A DNA stretch of 42,322 nt from Nanobdellota archaeon. Its GTDB lineage: Archaea > Nanobdellota > Nanobdellia > Woesearchaeales > JAHJEM01. Both the position numbers and the translations under genes were made by a program. The stretch spans positions 1 to 42,322 of the forward strand of contig JAZDID010000098.1 of NCBI GenBank assembly GCA_043805315.1, written 5' to 3'. Positions 1-7,362 of this stretch are shown piece by piece. Under the pieces are notes generated by a model. That model worked only from the letters and a program-made list of their open reading frames with translations. It was not told the DNA's origin and made no database searches. Positions within the stretch are counted from its first letter, which is position 1. Every line of letters starts with the position of its first letter.

Positions 1-311
1 GAAACGGTGCGATGATCATGTCTGCAAAGAAATTCATAGGCAAAAAGGCATATGTGCTAATCAAGAATTAGCGAATTATGCAACACAGCACTTAAAAATG
101 TTAAAAGGGTAACAAAAATATAAAATCAGTTTATAATCGAAATTTCAAAACCACTTTATCTTCACTTTGATATGACGCGCTGCATACTTATCGAATTTTT
201 CCCATTGGTAAAAATGGCTTAAATTTTTATATGAAATTCGATTCTTGAGTTTAAAGAAAGCTGGCTGAAGACGCATCAAGAGAACAGAACCAGCATAACG
301 ACACTACATGT

Positions 312-1106
312 GTGCTTAGCTCTGAAATGACAAAATATTTAAGACAGCCGCTCACAATTGAGACCATGGAATCAGGGATCACGAACGAGCCTCTCAGGGT
401 GCATTTTTCTCAGAAAGAAATTTCTCAACTCTTATTTGCCATCTTCGCGTTCTCAATAGTCTTCTTCCTCATCAAGTGGCGGAGCACTGACTTTACCAAG
501 ACCACGGGAGTCATGTACTTCATTTTTGTCTTCATCATCGTCTTCCTCTTCATGTTCCTTATGGTCTATATCCAGAAGAGGACTGGATTACGGCTTGGTT
601 ATCATGTTGAATACCAGAACTCCCTGCTCTACCTAGTCATCGGGGTATTCGTGACCTTCCTCTTCCTGGGCTACGTCTTCATCCTGGTGACTGGAGAAGC
701 CATCCTGACCATGCACCCTCGATTGCGGACAGGGCAGTTCAGGTCCCACTTGAATGTCCGTGATGCAGGATTCATCTCCATCATCGGAGCACTGTTCGGC
801 TTCGGCCTGTTCATCGTTCTCATCATCCTCTATGCACTCTCCAAAGACGAGATCATCCTTGAGGCGATCAAGATCATCCTGCTCATCTCCTTGTTCATCC
901 TCGTGCCTGCTCCTAAGAACAACGGCCTTGCCGCATTCAGGTGGAGCAGGATCATCCTCTTGTCCTGCTTCTTTGTCCTGGTATTCTCATTTGGGCTGAC
1001 ATTCCTGTCAGAACCCTCCCTCATCCTCGGCTACCTTGCCGGCGGATTCCTCCTACTGCTTATCGGCGTCATCGAAGTTCTGCCTAGGATATTCTACGGC
1101 GCATAA
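312..1106 (+). CDS. Polytopic membrane protein, function unknown
   Basis: 264-aa ORF (GTG 312, or ATG 327). It has at least six long hydrophobic segments (LLFAIFAFSIVFFLI, VMYFIFVFIIVFLFMFLMVYI, LLYLVIGVFVTFLFLGYVFILV and others). I recognised no family motif. Confidence 0.55.
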   Translation: MLSSEMTKYLRQPLTIETMESGITNEPLRVHFSQKEISQLLFAIFAFSIVFFLIKWRSTDFTKTTGVMYFIFVFIIVFLFMFLMVYIQKRTGLRLGYHVEYQNSLLYLVIGVFVTFLFLGYVFILVTGEAILTMHPRLRTGQFRSHLNVRDAGFISIIGALFGFGLFIVLIILYALSKDEIILEAIKIILLISLFILVPAPKNNGLAAFRWSRIILLSCFFVLVFSFGLTFLSEPSLILGYLAGGFLLLLIGVIEVLPRIFYGA

Positions 1107-1148
1107 TGCTGCGCTTTTCTTTGCACAAGACTTCAGATTTCCCCACCC

Positions 1149-1439
1149 TCACAACAAGGACATCACTCCCTTGATGACGAGATGGCCTGCGAAGATGATG
1201 GTCAGGAATGTCATCGGAAAGAAGAAGAGAATTAAGACGTAGACGCCGATGATGATGTCGATGATGCTCGCGATGTCTCCGATGAACGCGATCCCTTTCA
1301 GCAGGAGATAGCCTGCAATGATGATCGCGAGCCTCAAGGAATGCACGAGCTCATAATTCATCAAGATGATGATGAGTGCAGCGGCGATGTCGAACAGGCC
1401 AAAAAACTTTACCAGCATGCGCCCGATGAACGAGGCCAC
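1149..1439 (-). CDS. Small 3-TM membrane protein, function unknown
   Basis: 96-aa ORF whose track start at 1439 is GTG. An in-frame ATG at 1418 lies about 25 nt downstream of the palindromic TATA box TTTATAAA (1443-1450). A leaderless 89-aa product starting MLVKFFGLFD is therefore plausible. The protein is very hydrophobic and convergent with 312-1106. Confidence 0.5.
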   Translation of the reverse strand: MASFIGRMLVKFFGLFDIAAALIIILMNYELVHSLRLAIIIAGYLLLKGIAFIGDIASIIDIIIGVYVLILFFFPMTFLTIIFAGHLVIKGVMSLL

Positions 1440-1533
1440 ATTTATAAAAGTGACGCTCTCGAGGGGATTTTTGATTATTCCTCAGTGGTCATCCTCGATA
1501 ATCACAACTTGCGGCGTCAATAAATTCGAAAGA

Positions 1534-1541
1534 TTTATATA
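1534..1541 (+). promoter_or_regulatory. TATA box candidate (TTTATATA) upstream of the 77-aa repeat protein
   Basis: The AT-rich octamer matches the TTTATAAA-like boxes seen upstream of many genes in this window. GGGGTGA (1583-1589) precedes ATG 1597 as an SD-like site. Confidence 0.4.
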
Positions 1542-1596
1542 CCCTATCGACTAAACCTGCTCATATAATCTAAATTGTCTAGTGGGGTGAAAACAC

Positions 1597-1830
1597 ATGG
1601 CAGAAAAAGTAGCAAAAGTTGGGGTACGGAAAGTAGATGGCTACCTCTATTTCGTCGACAAGCAAGGAGATATCTCTCGGGCAGTCATGTCGCGGGGCGG
1701 CGGAAAGAAAGGAAAAGGCAAGAGAGAGAAAGTAGCAAAGGTCGGCGTCAAGAAAGTCAAAGGCTACCTCTATTTCGTCGATAAGCACGGAGACGTCTCC
1801 CGGGCAAAGATGGCCAGGGGAAGAAAATAA
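1597..1830 (+). CDS. Small, highly basic protein built from two tandem ~35-aa repeats
   Basis: 77 aa. Repeat 1 is EKVAKVGVRKVDGYLYFVDKQGDISRAVMSRG and repeat 2 is EKVAKVGVKKVKGYLYFVDKHGDVSRAKMARG, joined by a GGKKGKGKR linker. The DNA repeats (about 1603-1700 vs 1727-1820) are roughly 80% identical. SD-like GGGGTGA lies upstream and a T-rich terminator follows. Confidence 0.7.
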   Translation: MAEKVAKVGVRKVDGYLYFVDKQGDISRAVMSRGGGKKGKGKREKVAKVGVKKVKGYLYFVDKHGDVSRAKMARGRK

Positions 1831-1837
1831 ACCCCTT

Positions 1838-1876
1838 GTTTGTTTTTCCTTTTTTTATTTTTTTTCTCTTTTTCTC
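1838..1876 (+). terminator. Long T/C-rich tract (archaeal oligo-T terminator candidate)
   Basis: TTGTTTGTTTTTCCTTTTTTTATTTTTTTTCTCTTTTTC lies directly after the stop of 1597-1830. Confidence 0.5.
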
Positions 1877-1895
1877 ACGGTTTACTTCTCACAAA

Positions 1896-1904
1896 TTATA
1901 TAAA
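1896..1904 (+). promoter_or_regulatory. TATA box candidate for hef (leaderless spacing)
   Basis: TTATATAAA ends 24 nt before ATG 1928, and no SD-like sequence lies between them. Confidence 0.45.
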
Positions 1905-1927
1905 CACGGTTTGCTTCTCACGACTGC

Positions 1928-4189
1928 ATGACTGGCAGATATGCACTGAAGGAGTTCACTCCGCGCCTCTATCAGGAGACCATCCTTGCCATCGCAGTGA
2001 ACCACAACACCCTTGTAGTCCTACCGACAGGCATGGGAAAGACCGCAATCGCATTCCTGCTCAGCCTCCAAAGGATACATGCTTATCCGAAATCCAAGAT
2101 CCTGTTCCTGGCGCCAACCAAGCCATTGGTGCAACAGCATCATGACACCCTGCTGCGGCTGACTGACGTGGCTGAAGAAGACTGCGCAGTCTTCACTGGC
2201 TTTGTCCCGCCTGCAAAGAGGAAAGAGCTCTGGCAAAAAGCCTCATTCATATTCTCGACTCCGCAGAGCATTGAGAACGACGTGATCAACAGGACTGTGA
2301 GCCTACAGGAGGTCAGCCTGCTCATCTTTGATGAGGCGCACAGGGCTGTGGGAGATTACAGCTATGTCTTCCTGGCAAAGCAGTATCTCACGCAGGCAGA
2401 CTATCCCCGAATTCTCGGGCTGACCGCATCGCCAGGAAGCGAGCTCGAGACCATACAGGATGTGATCAAGAACCTCAGCATAGACAAAATCGAGGTGAGA
2501 ACAGAAGACGACCCTGACGTGCGGGAGTATGTCCAAGAGATTGACATCACCTGGATCAGGGTCGAGCTGCCGCCTGAATTCCAGAAGATCCAGAAAGTCC
2601 TGCAGCAGAGCTATCTGACCAAGCTCGAGCGAGTCAAGCAGAACGGCTATCTCTACGGCAATCCAGAGCACTACAACAAGACCGCACTGCTGAACCTGCA
2701 AGCGGCACTGCATGCAAAGATCAGCCAGGGAGAGAAAGACTTTGGGATCTTAATGTCGATCAGCAACCTCGCAGAAGCCATGAAAATCCAGCACGCGATC
2801 GAGCTCATTGAGACACAAGGCATTTCCGCGCTCTACGAATATCTTATGAGCATTGAAAACCAGGCAGCAAACACCAAAGTGCGGGCAGTCAAAAACCTCG
2901 TCCAAGATGTCGGATTCAGGTCAGCACTGATCCTGACGAGAAAGCTGTATGAGCAGAACATCGAGCATCCCAAGCTCTACAAGCTCCGCGAGCTCATCAG
3001 TCAAGAGATCAGAACAGATGAGAAGAGAAAAATCATCATCTTCAGCCAGTACCGAACGCAGGGAGAGGCAATCAAGAAAGAGCTGGACACCATCCCAGTC
3101 AGCTCCAAGATATTCGTTGGTCAGCAGATGAAAAAAAGCTCAGGCTTATCGCAGAAAAAGCAGAAAGAGATCCTTGACGAGTTCAGGAAGGGAGTGTTCA
3201 ATTGCCTGATCGCGACGAGCGTTGCAGAAGAAGGCCTCGACATTCCGAAAGTTGACCTGGTCGTGTTCTACGAGCCCATCCCTTCAGCAATCCGGACAGT
3301 GCAGCGCAGGGGAAGGACAGGCAGGCTGGAGAAAGGTGCAGTCGTGGTGCTCTTGACCAAAGGCACCAGGGATGAGGGATACCATTATGCTGCACAGCAC
3401 AAGGAAAAACGGATGTTCAGGATCCTTGCCAGCATGAAAGGAAAGCTCGGCACAGAAATCAGGGCAGAGATGAAAGAATCCACAAGCCCACCCCAAGAGC
3501 CAGAGAAAACCCTCGCAGACTATATGCCTGAAAAAAACGATAAAGAGGTAAAAATCTACACTGACTTCAGGGAGAAAGGGTCAGCGCTGCTCAAAGAGCT
3601 CATGCAGCTCGGCGTGCATATCGAGCTCAAACACCTCGAGGTCGGAGATTACCTGGTATCAGACCGGATCTGCGTGGAGATCAAGAAAGTAGCTGACTTC
3701 GTCGACTCTATCATCGACGGCAGGCTGCTCTCGCAGATGAAGGACTTGCGGCATTACCAAAAGCCCATCGTGATTATCGAAGGAGAGGAAGACATCTACA
3801 GCCAGCGCAGGGTACACCCGAACGCGATCAGGGGCATGATCAGCGCAATAGTCTTTGGATTCGGCATTCCAGTCCTGCAGACCAAGAATTACCGGGAGAC
3901 CGCGGGATTCCTGCACATCATCGCGCGGCAGGAGCAGTTTCCAGACGCGAAATACCAGTTCCACACTGCAAAACCCTATACATTGCAAGAGCAGCAGGAA
4001 TACATTGTCAGCACGCTGCCCGGCATCGGCGGGACTCTCGCAAAGCCACTCTTGAAAAAGTTCAAGACAGTCAAGACAGTGTTCTCTGCAACAGAAGACG
4101 CGCTGAAGGAAGTCGAGATGATCGGCGAGGTGAAAGCCAAAAAGATACGGGAAGTGCTGGATGCAGAGTATGAGGAAAAGAAGAGATAA
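1928..4189 (+). CDS. hef: Hef-type helicase-nuclease (SF2 DEAH helicase + ERCC4/XPF nuclease + HhH2)
   Basis: 753 aa. Helicase motifs are PTGMGKT (I), FDEAHRA (II) and QRRGRTGR (VI). The C-terminal ERCC4 domain is EVGDYLVSDRICVEIKKVADFVDSIIDGR (ERK appears as EIK), followed by the HhH pair LPGIGGTLAKPLL ... IGEVKAKKIREVL. Confidence 0.9.
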   Translation: MTGRYALKEFTPRLYQETILAIAVNHNTLVVLPTGMGKTAIAFLLSLQRIHAYPKSKILFLAPTKPLVQQHHDTLLRLTDVAEEDCAVFTGFVPPAKRKELWQKASFIFSTPQSIENDVINRTVSLQEVSLLIFDEAHRAVGDYSYVFLAKQYLTQADYPRILGLTASPGSELETIQDVIKNLSIDKIEVRTEDDPDVREYVQEIDITWIRVELPPEFQKIQKVLQQSYLTKLERVKQNGYLYGNPEHYNKTALLNLQAALHAKISQGEKDFGILMSISNLAEAMKIQHAIELIETQGISALYEYLMSIENQAANTKVRAVKNLVQDVGFRSALILTRKLYEQNIEHPKLYKLRELISQEIRTDEKRKIIIFSQYRTQGEAIKKELDTIPVSSKIFVGQQMKKSSGLSQKKQKEILDEFRKGVFNCLIATSVAEEGLDIPKVDLVVFYEPIPSAIRTVQRRGRTGRLEKGAVVVLLTKGTRDEGYHYAAQHKEKRMFRILASMKGKLGTEIRAEMKESTSPPQEPEKTLADYMPEKNDKEVKIYTDFREKGSALLKELMQLGVHIELKHLEVGDYLVSDRICVEIKKVADFVDSIIDGRLLSQMKDLRHYQKPIVIIEGEEDIYSQRRVHPNAIRGMISAIVFGFGIPVLQTKNYRETAGFLHIIARQEQFPDAKYQFHTAKPYTLQEQQEYIVSTLPGIGGTLAKPLLKKFKTVKTVFSATEDALKEVEMIGEVKAKKIREVLDAEYEEKKR

Positions 4190-4202
4190 GGCATTAATAA
4201 AC

Positions 4203-4210
4203 TTTATAAA
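4203..4210 (+). promoter_or_regulatory. TATA box candidate (TTTATAAA followed by CCACCCC) upstream of lemA
   Basis: The box has the same form as those at 9384 and 30798. GAGGTGA lies 7 nt before ATG 4246. Confidence 0.4.
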
Positions 4211-4245
4211 CCACCCCTTATTTGCATCGAGAGAGGTGACCTAGA

Positions 4246-4806
4246 ATGGTATGGTGGACATGGTTGATCATCGGCATCATCGCCCTCGTGATCATCATAT
4301 TTATAGCAATCTACAACAGCCTGGTCATATTGCGGAACAGGATCGAGAACGCGTGGTCGCAGATTGACGTGCAGCTCAAACGAAGATTTGACCTTATTCC
4401 GAACCTTGTCGAGACAGTGAAAGGCTATGCAAAGCACGAGCGCAAGGTGTTTGAAGAAGTCACCAAGGCACGGACTGCGATGGGCAATGCCAAGACCCTT
4501 CCTGAGAAGGCAAAGGCAAACAACATGCTCACAGGAACCTTGAAGACCTTGTTTGCTGTCGCAGAGAACTATCCCCTGCTCAAGGCGAACGAGAACTTCC
4601 TCCAATTGCAGGAAGAATTGTCCGGCACAGAGAGCAAGATCGCCTATGCACGGCAGTTCTATAACGACTCAGTGCTCTCGTTCAACAACAAGCTCCAGGT
4701 ATTCCCTTCAAACACGATAGGGAACATGTTCAGCTTCAAGATCCGCGAGTACTTCAAGACAGAATCTGCAGAAGAGCGCAAGGCAGTCAAGGTGCAGTTC
4801 GAATAA
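4246..4806 (+). CDS. lemA: LemA family membrane protein
   Basis: 186 aa. An N-terminal TM segment is followed by the LemA core [43 protein letters not shown] ... [12 protein letters not shown]. Confidence 0.9.
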   Translation: MVWWTWLIIGIIALVIIIFIAIYNSLVILRNRIENAWSQIDVQLKRRFDLIPNLVETVKGYAKHERKVFEEVTKARTAMGNAKTLPEKAKANNMLTGTLKTLFAVAENYPLLKANENFLQLQEELSGTESKIAYARQFYNDSVLSFNNKLQVFPSNTIGNMFSFKIREYFKTESAEERKAVKVQFE

Positions 4807-4810
4807 AACG

Positions 4811-4834
4811 TTTTTTATTCATTTTCCTTTTTTT
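4811..4834 (+). terminator. T-rich tract after lemA
   Basis: TTTTTTATTCATTTTCCTTTTTTT lies between the lemA stop and the SET gene start. Confidence 0.4.
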
Positions 4835-4840
4835 GGTAAA

Positions 4841-5305
4841 ATGCAAGTTCAAATTCTCAAAACGGATAAGACAGGAAGAGGAATTTTTGCAAAGAAAGAT
4901 TTTAAAAGAGAAGAGTATATTTTTACATTTAAAGGAAATATCATAAATAATAGGACTTATGCAAGAAAATTAAAATGTACTTTACAAATCGGAAGGAATA
5001 AATGGCTAGAACCCGACAATAGTTCAGTGGGGAGATATATTAACCATTCCTGCAATCCTAATGCGGGCATTAAAGGATTAAAAAGAATAGTTGCCATAAG
5101 GAATATTAAAAAGGGTGAACAGATCACTATTGACTATTCAATTACCGATGATGACCCTTCGTGGATAATGCATTGCAAATGTGGGAGCATAAGGTGCAGA
5201 AGAAAAATTAAAAGCATACAATCCCTTCCTGATACTTATTTTAAACAATATCAGCCATTCGTTCCCCAATTTTTATGTAAATATCATGTACAAACAACCA
5301 CGTAA
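4841..5305 (+). CDS. SET-domain protein (putative lysine methyltransferase)
   Basis: 154 aa. Motifs are GRGIFAKKDFKREEYI, RYINHSCNPNAG (the NHSC motif), EQITIDYS, and the post-SET-like CKCGSIRCRRKI. The gene is visibly much more AT-rich than both neighbours. Confidence 0.85.
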   Translation: MQVQILKTDKTGRGIFAKKDFKREEYIFTFKGNIINNRTYARKLKCTLQIGRNKWLEPDNSSVGRYINHSCNPNAGIKGLKRIVAIRNIKKGEQITIDYSITDDDPSWIMHCKCGSIRCRRKIKSIQSLPDTYFKQYQPFVPQFLCKYHVQTTT

Positions 5306-5326
5306 ATCAGATAATTCCTGCGCACG

Positions 5327-6229
5327 ATGAAAACCGACTTTTACACTGAGATAAGCCACAATAAATGGAGAACTTTCTTCCTCCTGTTCTTCTTCTCGTT
5401 CATCATCATCCTCTTAGGATGGGTGTTCAGCGTTGCTCTGGGAGGCAGCGCCTACATCGGGATGTTCTTTGCATTCATCATCGCGATCATCTTCGGGCTC
5501 ATCGGCTATTATACTGGAGACAAGACAGTTCTTGCGATCAGCAAGGCCAAGCCAGTCACGCACAAGGACGACCCGTTCCTCTGGAACACAGTGGAAGGGC
5601 TTGCGATAGCAGCAGGCATTCCCATGCCGAAACTCTACCTGATAGAAGAAACCTCGATCAACGCATTCGCGACAGGACGGGATCCCCAGCACGCATCCAT
5701 TGCAGTGACCAGCGGAGCGCGCAAGAGATTGAACAGGACAGAGCTTGAAGGTGTCATTGCGCACGAGATGAGCCACATCAAGAACTATGACATCAGGTAC
5801 ATGGTGCTCGTGGCAGTGCTTGTCGGGTTCGTTGCGTTATTCTCTGACTTCATGCTCCGCACATTCCTCTGGGGAGGCGGGAACCGGGACAGGGACAGAG
5901 GTGGAATTGGAATCATCTTCATCTTGCTCGCAATTGTATTAGCAATCCTCGCGCCATTAATAGCGCAGCTCATCAAGTTTTCCATCTCGCGCAAACGCGA
6001 GTATCTCGCAGACGCCTCAGGAGCCATGCTGACACGCTACCCTGCAGGACTTGCCAATGCACTCAAGAAGATCAGGGATGACCATGACAAGGTCGTGGAC
6101 ACTGCGAACAAAGCCACTGCGCATTTATACATCGAGAACCCCTTGCGGAACATAAAAGGCGCGTTCAACAGCATGTTCAGCACGCACCCGGACATCAACG
6201 ACCGGATCAAGAGATTGGAAGGGATGTAG
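5327..6229 (+). CDS. htpX: HtpX-type M48 zinc metalloprotease
   Basis: 300 aa with four TM segments. It has the HEXXH motif in VIAHEMSHIKNYD, a downstream EYLAD glutamate, and the C-terminal STHPDINDRIKRL. Confidence 0.9.
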   Translation: MKTDFYTEISHNKWRTFFLLFFFSFIIILLGWVFSVALGGSAYIGMFFAFIIAIIFGLIGYYTGDKTVLAISKAKPVTHKDDPFLWNTVEGLAIAAGIPMPKLYLIEETSINAFATGRDPQHASIAVTSGARKRLNRTELEGVIAHEMSHIKNYDIRYMVLVAVLVGFVALFSDFMLRTFLWGGGNRDRDRGGIGIIFILLAIVLAILAPLIAQLIKFSISRKREYLADASGAMLTRYPAGLANALKKIRDDHDKVVDTANKATAHLYIENPLRNIKGAFNSMFSTHPDINDRIKRLEGM

Positions 6230-6256
6230 TTCTTGCTACCTCTGCACGAATTCTTT

Positions 6257-7275
6257 TTATATGAACTGGCGGACAGCCCGTAGTGGGCTTGTGACCAGCT
6301 GCGACGGGACGATATAGCAACTCATGTAGCACTTCCCCGCGCACTTCGGAATAGGACCGTATTTCTTCTCCAGCTTGCGCAATGCCATCATGTAATCACC
6401 TTCCTTCAGAAGGTTGATCTTCGCCTTTCCCAAGGGCTTGCAGGGATAGGAAAAGTCGCCGTTCGGGTCGACCCGCGGCGTCAATGTTGGATAGCATGAG
6501 AACGGCCCGATCGTCTCTATCGTCTCAAGATAGTCATCTGAATCGAGCAAGAGCGTGCTTTTCTTCTTGGTTTCTCGCACATACCGGATCATCTCCTGGA
6601 ATTGCTTGCTGTGCACCACATCGCGGTTGACTGTCTCGTCATCTAAAAGCTCTGGCGAGACTGTGAAACGGATGCCGTGTTTTGGGTAAAGAAGATCACC
6701 TGCTTCACCTGGGGAAGAGTGTCTTTTGTGGCGACGCAGTTGATGGTCATGACATATCCTTTCTTTTTTTGCAATGCGGCGCATCTGATGATGTTCTCCT
6801 TCACTTTCGCGACAACCTGTGCTGGAGCCTTGACGACCTTTGCGTAGGCGTTCATGTCAGCCATATCCATGCTCACGTTCAGGTTGGTCAGGTAATCAAG
6901 GGTATTCATGCGCTTGTGCATGAGACTCATGTTGGAGATCATGCTCACTGAGGAAAATCTCAGCTTCTTTGCGGCCTTCAGAATCTCGACGATATCCTTT
7001 CGCATGAGCGGCTCTCCGCCAGTGATGTAGAGGTTCGGGCAGGCTTTCCTGATGATGCCCAACAATTGGATCGCTCCTTCTGTATCCAGCTGTTGCTGCG
7101 GATGCCTGGTGATGCCTGTATGCGCGTACACACAGTAGGCACAGTTGAAATTGCACGCTGAAGTGACGTAGTAGGAGAACATGAGCGGCCGAAGCGATGA
7201 AGTCCTCCTCAGCTTTACCCGCAGAACATCTTCCAGGTAATTCCTTAGCACGTGCGCTGAGATCAAACCTTGCAT
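6257..7275 (-). pseudogene. Radical SAM protein with Cys-rich C-terminal domain, interrupted by a frameshift
   Basis: ORF 6643-7275 carries CNFNCAYC (CxxxCxxC) and ITGGEPLMRKD. ORF 6257-6784, in another frame, continues sensibly (DLLYPKHGIRFTVSPELL ... CYPTLTPRVDPNGDFSYPC ... CAGKCYMSCY). The frames switch near 6690-6712, at a CAGGTGAAGCAGGTG direct repeat on the minus strand. Confidence 0.7.
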
Positions 7276-7362
7276 AAGACTTCTATTCCCAGGACATATT
7301 TAAGAGTTTTCTTTTTTCGCTCTGAAGCAAGAAGAGAAACCTTTTTTCTGAAATATCGCGTA

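Noticed and set aside
4204-4605. 133-aa minus-strand ORF antisense to lemA, and similar antisense ORFs in hef (2303-2713, 3659-3988), htpX (5414-5776) and pheS/pheT.
   Set aside because: The opposite-strand genes have clear family signatures. The antisense products have no motifs, poor start contexts and Cys/Arg/His-rich compositions typical of non-coding frames.
4807-5326. A mobile-element origin for the SET gene insert, and likewise for the 24-30.8 kb block. I looked for an integrase, transposase, tRNA attachment site or flanking direct or inverted repeats.
   Set aside because: I found none at either boundary. Only compositional and synteny arguments remain, so I did not call a mobile_element feature.
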